A stretch of 55,642 nt of DNA from NCBI GenBank assembly GCA_048938005.1, contig JBHLMQ010000016.1, forward strand, positions 1 to 55,642. Direction: 5' to 3'. Both the position numbers and the translations under genes were made by a program. The DNA comes from Promethearchaeota archaeon. Lineage in GTDB: Archaea; Asgardarchaeota; Lokiarchaeia; Sigyniarchaeales; SOKP01. Of this stretch, positions 49,258 to 55,642 are shown in pieces (the stretch's first letter is position 1; each line of letters begins with the position of its first letter). The notes beneath the pieces were generated by a model, which saw only the letters and a list, made by a program, of their open reading frames with translations, searched no databases and was not told the DNA's origin.

Positions 49258-51438
49258 TCATTGGTGAGGTTTTATGAACTTTATGACATCTTCATAATCA
49301 ATTCCTAGTTCTTTTACTTTTTCAATTGTAGGGCAACCATTTTGATTCCATCCCCGTTCTTTATAGACAGCATCTTGAAGCTTCGAATACTGTTCTTCGC
49401 GATGTTTTCGAAGAATTTTAATCTTTTCTTCTGTCATCTTATCAGTTAAATCAAATCCTAATTCTTTAAGTTGGTTATCATATCTATCTTGGCGACTCTC
49501 GTATTCTAAAGGTAAAACTGGCCCCATTGCTCTATAAGGTAGATTTGAGTCACCTTCACGTAAGCCTTGTCCTAAACGAATATTAAAAATTCTTTGAAAA
49601 TTGTAAACTCGTTCTGACATTTTAATAAGATCATCTGGAGTTGAATTTCTACCCGTTACAGCTGAAAAATATTTTGCATACCATTCAACATGATAAGGTA
49701 TTCTTGCTTGAAGGAGTTCTCCTGTGGTAGGATCTTTTACAGGAAGTTCTTTATTTTGGGGCCCTATAGCATCATTCCAAGGTAATTTACAAAGCCCATT
49801 CAATCCGAACCAGGTTCGCCAATAAGGAAACCACCTTAATGCCTTTGCTTTATCTTCAAAAGTTGGAATTGTATTTCTTACCATATCTTCAAAAATTAAC
49901 CAGGCTTCATCATGTTGAGGTCCTTTGAGTGCTAACCCGTATCCTCCTTGTTGAGCGAGAGATTCTTTTGTTATATATTCTGAGAATTCTAGACCTTTAT
50001 GTTCCATACCAATATCTTGAAGAAATTGAGGATCCCCACCATAATTTTCAGCAAAATATTTCTTCATTTCTCTTATCCCTTTTCCCACAATTACTCCAAA
50101 ACCTTCTCCTCTCGCCATCTGATGAAGTAATTCTAAAGCTGCTTCAGCATTACCAAAATTAAGTTCAAGACCTCCAGTAATTTCTTTATCAAGTATTCCT
50201 TCTTCATAACATTCCATTACAAACCCAATCCCTGTACCCGTTGATATAGTGTCCAATCCATATGTATCACAATAGAAATTCACTTCAAGAACCCATTTTA
50301 TATCCCAAACACCCCAATTTGAACCACAACCAGCTATAGTTTCATATTCTGGTCCATCTACGATCACTTCTTGACCTTTAAAAGGACCTGTCAAAACTTT
50401 ATGTCCAGTTGTATAGTGTGAGCAACTCATTGTACAACCAATCCAGCACCCATCCGTCCCTTCTTTTACATGATACACCTTTCGCATTCTCTCGCGACTA
50501 TAAGGTATATTTTTATCTTTTATATCTTTATGAGAACCATAACGAAAATTTTCAACTGGTAAAAGATCAACAACATTCATTATATCTGGTAAATATCCAG
50601 TTCCTACACTCCTCATTTCATTCTGCGAGGAGTCAATATCAACAATTTCCTTACTATGTATTTTCCCTAACTCTCTAGCAGCTTCTAAATCTGCAGGATT
50701 ATTTGATTTTACCGTGACTCTAGGAGCACGACAGACCAAAGCCTTTATTTTTTTATTAGAAAATACTGTTCCTATACCGCCCCGCCCCGCTTGTTTAACA
50801 GAAGCATATTTACGTGTTGTAGTGTACCAAGAGAAATTTAACATCCCCCATTTTGAGTGTTTTGCAGCTGGACCACTGCTTACAACCGAGATCTGTCTTT
50901 TTTCAGCATCATCTTTCGCATATTTTTCTGTTAATTGTTGGTTGAGTTCATGCGAGTATTCTGAAAATCCATCTGAATCTTGTACTTGATATATTTGGAC
51001 TAAGCCTTCTATCCCATCAATAGAGATAATCACATCGCTTTCTGCTTTTCCTTGGATCTCAATAGCATCAAATCCAGAAAATTTTAGATACGGTCCAAAA
51101 TATCCACCCACGTTACTGTCTATAATTATACCTGTTAAAGGAGATATTGAAGTAACTAAGGATTTACCTGATCCTGGATAAAAAATACTACCTCCTAATG
51201 GTCCGGAAGAAATACAAATTTCATTTTCAGGGTCATTCCATTTAATTATACGATCTTTTGGGATAGAATTCCACATAACCCATAAATCAAAACCCTTTCC
51301 TCCGATAAATTTTTCTTTCATTTCTTCAGAGACAAGCTTTATAGTAATCTCATTTCTTGAAAGGTTGACATATAAAGTTCGATTTGCATAACCCTTTTGA
51401 ACTTCTTGGATTTCAAATTTCTTTTCTGCCAAAATCAT
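49258..51438 (-). CDS. aor: aldehyde:ferredoxin oxidoreductase family protein, paralog 3 (long type)
   Basis: FIGGKG, SPLTG...DSNVGGYFGP, QAGRGG.G, CWIGCTMSC, GPEYET, CDTYGLDTIS, KGPQHDEAWL, RGW...G.PT. Confidence 0.9.
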   Translation of the reverse strand: MILAEKKFEIQEVQKGYANRTLYVNLSRNEITIKLVSEEMKEKFIGGKGFDLWVMWNSIPKDRIIKWNDPENEICISSGPLGGSIFYPGSGKSLVTSISPLTGIIIDSNVGGYFGPYLKFSGFDAIEIQGKAESDVIISIDGIEGLVQIYQVQDSDGFSEYSHELNQQLTEKYAKDDAEKRQISVVSSGPAAKHSKWGMLNFSWYTTTRKYASVKQAGRGGIGTVFSNKKIKALVCRAPRVTVKSNNPADLEAARELGKIHSKEIVDIDSSQNEMRSVGTGYLPDIMNVVDLLPVENFRYGSHKDIKDKNIPYSRERMRKVYHVKEGTDGCWIGCTMSCSHYTTGHKVLTGPFKGQEVIVDGPEYETIAGCGSNWGVWDIKWVLEVNFYCDTYGLDTISTGTGIGFVMECYEEGILDKEITGGLELNFGNAEAALELLHQMARGEGFGVIVGKGIREMKKYFAENYGGDPQFLQDIGMEHKGLEFSEYITKESLAQQGGYGLALKGPQHDEAWLIFEDMVRNTIPTFEDKAKALRWFPYWRTWFGLNGLCKLPWNDAIGPQNKELPVKDPTTGELLQARIPYHVEWYAKYFSAVTGRNSTPDDLIKMSERVYNFQRIFNIRLGQGLREGDSNLPYRAMGPVLPLEYESRQDRYDNQLKELGFDLTDKMTEEKIKILRKHREEQYSKLQDAVYKERGWNQNGCPTIEKVKELGIDYEDVIKFIKPHQ

Positions 51439-51606
51439 AGAATTTCATTCCTTAAAGTTCTAATTGTTAAATTAAAAACATAATTATAAACTATGGATGA
51501 TTTAATGAGACTTTAGAATTAAATATTATTTATACAAATCTAAGTTAAGTATTTGAAAAAAAGATATAGAATGATCTTAAATTGTTTTATTCCGAAAAGG
51601 GTTAAT

Positions 51607-52170
51607 TTAAATTTTATTAGCTAAATCTTTAGCCCATTTACGAATCTCGTCCCAGTTTCTTGAATCATAAACTCCTGGTTCTGTTTCTTTAAATCCTGCT
51701 GGAATGAAATTATCTTTTTCAGCATCTAGGGCTTTTCTATAAATTTTACCCATCTGATTATAGTCCCAGATACCTCCAAACATATTCATTGAGATTGGAT
51801 TTAAACCATATTTAGAAGCTTTACCTTTAAGATATTTTTTAGTTATTCTATCAATTTCATCATGTTTTCCTTTATATTCCATGAGTGCTCGCCCACCAGA
51901 CGACACGAAGAGTGCCACTTTCTTTTTTTTGAGCTCATTGCTAAACTTATTTAAAAATGCTTTAGCTTTACTCGTCCACATGTCCATTTTCATTCCACTA
52001 GCAACTATAACAAGTTCAAATTTTGATATATCTTTGACCTTCTCTTCTTTGAGATTTACAGTTTTTACTTCAAATCCTTCACCTTGAAAAACTTTGGCAA
52101 TTTCTTCTGCGGTACCAGCTGTTGCTCCATAACGAGTACCATACGCAATTAATATTTTGGTTTTTTCCAT
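51607..52170 (-). CDS. flavodoxin-domain protein (HemG-like long-chain flavodoxin)
   Basis: ILIAYGTRYGAT..AEEIA, VALFVS, FGG, D.RNWDEIRKWA. Confidence 0.85.
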   Translation of the reverse strand: MEKTKILIAYGTRYGATAGTAEEIAKVFQGEGFEVKTVNLKEEKVKDISKFELVIVASGMKMDMWTSKAKAFLNKFSNELKKKKVALFVSSGGRALMEYKGKHDEIDRITKKYLKGKASKYGLNPISMNMFGGIWDYNQMGKIYRKALDAEKDNFIPAGFKETEPGVYDSRNWDEIRKWAKDLANKI

Positions 52171-52203
52171 TTTCTTCCCTCTATTAAAATCTAATTTTTA
52201 TTG

Positions 52204-53544
52204 TTATTTTTTTAAGAATTTATTAATAAAATCATCAAGAACTTCTTCAATAGTAGGACTTCCGATTGGCTCAATATCATACGATACTTTCACAATTGGT
52301 TTATTTGTTTTAATTAATTTAGTTAAGTCTATAGGACTTCCATTTAGGATTATATCTGCCTTCGCATTATTGAGTGTTTTTTCTAAGTCTTCTATTTGTT
52401 GGTCTGTGTATCCCATAGCAGGTACAATTTGTGTAATCTGAGGGAAATCTTCGAATACCTCTTTCATAGATCCTACTAAATATTTTCTGGGGTCCATAAT
52501 TTTAGCTTCTGCATTTATAGCAGCAACATATGCCGCTCCAATTGACATGCCTCCATGAGTCAAAGTAGGGCCATCCTCGACGACTACAACTTTCTTTCCT
52601 TTCAGTTTTAAATGATCTTCTGCTTTAACTACTGAATTTGTATAGACTTTTACGGCTTTTGGATTTAAATCATTAAGGTTTTTCTCCACAATTTTTACAT
52701 CTTCTGGTTTGGCAGTATTCATTTTGTTTATGACAAAAACATCTGCATACTTTGCATTAACTTCTCCGGGATGATATTTAATTTCGTGTCCCGGTCTTAA
52801 TGGATCAGTCACAACAAAAAGTAAATCTGTAATATAAAAAGATATCTCATTATTTCCTCCATCGAATATAATCACATCTGCTTCTTTTTCAGCCTCCCGA
52901 ATTATTTTCTCATAATCAACTCCAGAATATATTACTAATCCTTGCTCAATATAAGGTTCATATTCTTCCCGTTCTTCAATAGTACAATCATATTTATCTA
53001 AATCCTCATATTTCTCAAATCTCATTACATTTTGTTGAACTAAGTCTCCGTAAGGCATTGGCTCGCGAATCGCAACAACTTTGTACCCTTTACTCTTTAA
53101 ATACCGATATGTTGCTCGAGAAACTTGACTTTTTCCACACCCCGTCCTAACAGCACAGATTGCAATAACAGGCTTATTAGCCTTGAGTTGAGTGAATTTT
53201 CCTGAAATTAATCGGTAATTAGCACCAGCAGCGAGTGCTCTTGAAGCTTTATGCATGACTTCCTCATGAGAAACATCTGAATAGGCAAAAACAACCTCAT
53301 CAACGTTATGTTTCTTAATCAAATCTTCAAGCATGTCTTCTGAGACCATTGGAATTCCTTTTGGATATAATTTTCCTGCCAATTCTGCAGGAAACTTTCT
53401 TTCAGCTTCATCAGTAGTACCAATGTTTTGTTCTCCAGCAATAGTAAACGTTATAACATCATATTCTGCATTGTCTCTAAAAACTGTGTTAAAAACATGG
53501 AAATCGTAACCTAATGCTCCAATGATAATAACTTTTTTTTTCAT
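52204..53544 (-). CDS. COG2403 P-loop protein, arginine synthetase (ArcE)-like
   Basis: DFH.FN..FRDN, VFAYSDV, AVRTGCGKSQ, PMPYGDL, TIEEREEYE, GVDY, DGGNN, YHPGE, VEDGPTLTHGGM, PAMGY; clustered with arcB/arcC with no arginine deiminase in the window. Confidence 0.8.
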   Translation of the reverse strand: MKKKVIIIGALGYDFHVFNTVFRDNAEYDVITFTIAGEQNIGTTDEAERKFPAELAGKLYPKGIPMVSEDMLEDLIKKHNVDEVVFAYSDVSHEEVMHKASRALAAGANYRLISGKFTQLKANKPVIAICAVRTGCGKSQVSRATYRYLKSKGYKVVAIREPMPYGDLVQQNVMRFEKYEDLDKYDCTIEEREEYEPYIEQGLVIYSGVDYEKIIREAEKEADVIIFDGGNNEISFYITDLLFVVTDPLRPGHEIKYHPGEVNAKYADVFVINKMNTAKPEDVKIVEKNLNDLNPKAVKVYTNSVVKAEDHLKLKGKKVVVVEDGPTLTHGGMSIGAAYVAAINAEAKIMDPRKYLVGSMKEVFEDFPQITQIVPAMGYTDQQIEDLEKTLNNAKADIILNGSPIDLTKLIKTNKPIVKVSYDIEPIGSPTIEEVLDDFINKFLKK

Positions 53545-53703
53545 TTTAAGTACCTAGAAAATATTAACCTTATTGATCATCTTACTTAATTTAAGACAAA
53601 TTATTAAGATTTTCAATTCTATCAAGGGAATGATGACCCACCGTTAAATATGGCCATAACAAACGAGAAGAATAAAATAGGTTTAATAGTTTTAAACACT
53701 TAG

Positions 53704-53811
53704 ACAAAAATATATAAGATTCTTAATAATTATTCATAAAAAATTTAATTAGTTATAGGGCGTAATCTTTAACAAAAATATATATATAATATTTGTAATA
53801 ATTATTCATAA
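53704..53811 (+). repeat. tandem imperfect direct repeat (duplicated BRE/TATA-like promoter)
   Basis: ACAAAAATATATA at 53704 and 53772; TAATAATTATTCATAA at 53724-53739 and 53796-53811. Confidence 0.6.
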
Positions 53812-53846
53812 TCCAAAAATGTCTAATAAAATTAAATGAAAAGATT

Positions 53847-55181
53847 ATGAAAAATTTTAAAATCTATTTAGTAACATTTATTTTCGTCTTTAATTTGAGC
53901 TTTTTTTTGCCTGGAAATAATTTTATCAGTAATGAATACAATAATAAGGACAATAAGAATGTATTACCCCCTTTAGCTACAAGTAATTCACTCTCTTCAA
54001 TCTGGTATCGTACTTGGGGCGGAGTTAGTAGTGATGGTGGTTATGGAATAGCAGTAGATTCGTCAGATAATATATATGTTACGGGATATACATCAAGTTT
54101 CGGAGCCGGTGAAGATGATATAATTCTGCTGAAATATGATAAAGATGGCTTGCTACAGTGGTATCGTAGGTGGGGTGGAGGGAGTTGGGATATTGGTTAT
54201 GGAGTAGCGGTAGATTCGTTAGATAATGTGTATGTTGTAGGAGAAACATCAAGCTTTGGAGCTGCATTAAAAGATATAGTTCTGCTAAAATATAATGGGA
54301 GTGGCACGTTGCTGTGGAATTGTACATGGGGTGGAGTTAATTGGGAATTTTGCAAAGGAATGGCGATAGATTCATTAAATAACGTATATCTTGGGGGATA
54401 TATAGATTATGGAGGAGGTAGGAATATAATTCTAGTGAAATATGATCAGTCTGGTATTTTCCAATGGAATTGTACATGGGATGAAAATAATCAAGATACC
54501 TGTTTTGGAGTAGCAGTAGATTCGTCAGATTACGTATATGTTTCGGGAACTACAACTAATATTGAATCCTGGGATATAGTTCTAGTGAAATATAATGAAA
54601 ATGGGATACAGGAATGGAATCAGACATGGGGGAGAGATGATTTTACGGATAACAACCGAGGAGTAATTGTAGATTCTTCAGGTTATGTGTATGTTACAGG
54701 AATAACAACGAGTCATACAACTAGTGATCCTAACATGGTTCTGGTGAAATATGACGGAAATGGTTGGTTGCAGTGGAATCGCACATGGGGCGGATCTGGT
54801 TCTGATATGGGTGAAGGATTAGCTGTAGATTCGTCAAATAATATTTACATTGCAGGAGGTACGGATAGTTTCGGAGCGGGAGATTTTGATACAGTTCTTG
54901 TGAAATATGATGCAAATGGTGCACAGAAATGGAATCGTACGTGGGGCGGAGTTAGTACTGATGGTGCTTATGGAGTAGCAGTAAATTCGTTAGATAATGT
55001 GTATGTTGTGGGAGAAACATCAAGTTTCGGAGCGGGTGAAAGTGATATGGTTCTAGTGAAATATGGTATAAAAACTGCTTCCACCGCTATTCAGAGTTAC
55101 AATTTCTTTATATTAATAGGTATTTTAAGCATCAGCAGTTATTTCTTGATAAAAACAATACTAAAGAAAAAATCCAATTAA
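53847..55181 (+). CDS. surface-anchored 7-bladed beta-propeller (SBBP-like repeats) with Loki-CTERM-like C-terminal anchor
   Basis: N-terminal signal/TM; seven ~52-aa repeats W.RTWGG...D.G.G.AVDS..N.YV.G.T.SFGAG..D..L.KY; C-terminal IQSYNFFILIGIL...KKK. Confidence 0.88.
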   Translation: MKNFKIYLVTFIFVFNLSFFLPGNNFISNEYNNKDNKNVLPPLATSNSLSSIWYRTWGGVSSDGGYGIAVDSSDNIYVTGYTSSFGAGEDDIILLKYDKDGLLQWYRRWGGGSWDIGYGVAVDSLDNVYVVGETSSFGAALKDIVLLKYNGSGTLLWNCTWGGVNWEFCKGMAIDSLNNVYLGGYIDYGGGRNIILVKYDQSGIFQWNCTWDENNQDTCFGVAVDSSDYVYVSGTTTNIESWDIVLVKYNENGIQEWNQTWGRDDFTDNNRGVIVDSSGYVYVTGITTSHTTSDPNMVLVKYDGNGWLQWNRTWGGSGSDMGEGLAVDSSNNIYIAGGTDSFGAGDFDTVLVKYDANGAQKWNRTWGGVSTDGAYGVAVNSLDNVYVVGETSSFGAGESDMVLVKYGIKTASTAIQSYNFFILIGILSISSYFLIKTILKKKSN

Positions 55182-55190
55182 TTTTTTTTT
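55182..55190 (+). terminator. oligo-T terminator after the beta-propeller gene
   Basis: T9 immediately after the TAA stop. Confidence 0.55.
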
Positions 55191-55378
55191 AATAATAAAT
55201 AAATATGCTAATTTCTTCATTTTTATTCATTATTAGATAGAAATAATATCTTTAGTCATTTTCTTAGAAAAATGAAAGAAGAAGAAAAAGTAAAGAAGCT
55301 TTCCCATTAATGTATTTGCTTTGTTTTCGGATTAGTCTACTAAAAGTCCCTTTCCATTAATAACCAATAATTTTGCTC

Positions 55379-55498
55379 CTATTTCTTCCTAAGATTTTCT
55401 TTTACTCTAAACTCAACAATTTTTTTTATAAGATCAAAAGGTAAAGGCTTATTTAATGGAAATTTTAAGGTACCTTTTGAAATTTCATAAGGAGATAA
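55379..55498 (-). pseudogene. 3' remnant of a YdhG/DUF1801-family gene
   Basis: LSPYEISKGTLKFPLNKPLPFDLIKKIVEFRVKEN resembles the DUF1801 C-terminus; the in-frame upstream sequence lacks the N-terminal part. Confidence 0.6.
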
Positions 55499-55565
55499 TG
55501 TGATCGCACTATAAATAAAAAGTAATTTAAACAACAATATATTAGCAAAACATGTTATTCTAAAC

Positions 55566-55588
55566 ATCACTAGAATTATTTTAGTGAT
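55566..55588. promoter_or_regulatory. 23-bp near-perfect palindrome, candidate operator
   Basis: ATCACTAGAATTATTTTAGTGAT, one mismatch, 26 nt upstream of the ATG at 55615. Confidence 0.5.
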
Positions 55589-55614
55589 AATTATTTTTAT
55601 TAGGAGGAAATATT

Positions 55615-55642
55615 ATGAAAGAAATACCTGATTATGAAAAGT
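55615..55642 (+). CDS. 5' end of a gene running off the window (MKEIPDYEK...)
   Basis: AGGAGG at 55602-55607, ATG at 55615, open to the window end. Confidence 0.5.

Noticed and set aside
52204-53544. Cyclic 2,3-diphosphoglycerate synthase
   Set aside because: Related family, but the motifs fit the COG2403/ArcE branch, no 2-phosphoglycerate kinase is adjacent, and arcB/arcC are nearby.
805-54924. Many 60-160 aa ORFs overlapping larger genes (e.g. 5747-6103, 16224-16697, 18525-18878, 18957-19379, 29234-29674, 32334-32708, 40706-41340)
   Set aside because: They are antisense or off-frame shadows of well-supported CDSs and have no recognisable motifs.
54001-55066. CRISPR array or DGR template/variable repeat
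   Set aside because: The repeats are in-frame coding blades without unique spacers; no cas or reverse transcriptase gene is present.
1-55642. tRNA, rRNA, transposase or integrase genes
   Set aside because: All intergenic gaps are short and AT-rich without cloverleaf or GC-rich structured segments, and no ORF has DDE, HUH or recombinase motifs.

Overview
AT-rich, gene-dense archaeal chromosomal segment, most likely an Asgard archaeon of the Lokiarchaeia type. This is inferred from a Rab-like small GTPase without a prenylation tail, a secreted beta-propeller with a Loki-CTERM-like anchor, three tungsten-type aldehyde:ferredoxin oxidoreductases and oligo-T terminators. I saw no rRNA, tRNA, CRISPR array or mobile element. 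The left half (1-31.6 kb) is mixed anaerobic metabolism: AOR plus ferredoxin, an unusual HdrC/HdrD protein with a GltD-like flavoprotein inserted into it, a GH4 hydrolase, a RapA/SNF2 helicase, HypB, dehydrogenases, a QueG-like B12 protein and an ilvB-like/Zn-ADH/AcoX-like cluster. The right half (31.8-53.5 kb) is a ~22 kb basic-amino-acid catabolic region. It holds a bacterial-type lysine fermentation operon of the rare Kat variant (kat-kce-kdd-kamA-kamB-kamD-kamE, no kal or kamC). It also holds an arginine/proline/ornithine module with no arginine deiminase or arginase: a divergent arginine synthetase (ArcE/COG2403)-like ATPase, AOR, a fused proline-dehydrogenase-like pair, a Giardia-type ornithine carbamoyltransferase, carbamate kinase and ornithine aminotransferase. 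All family calls come from motifs read by eye and recalled reference sequences; no searches were run.
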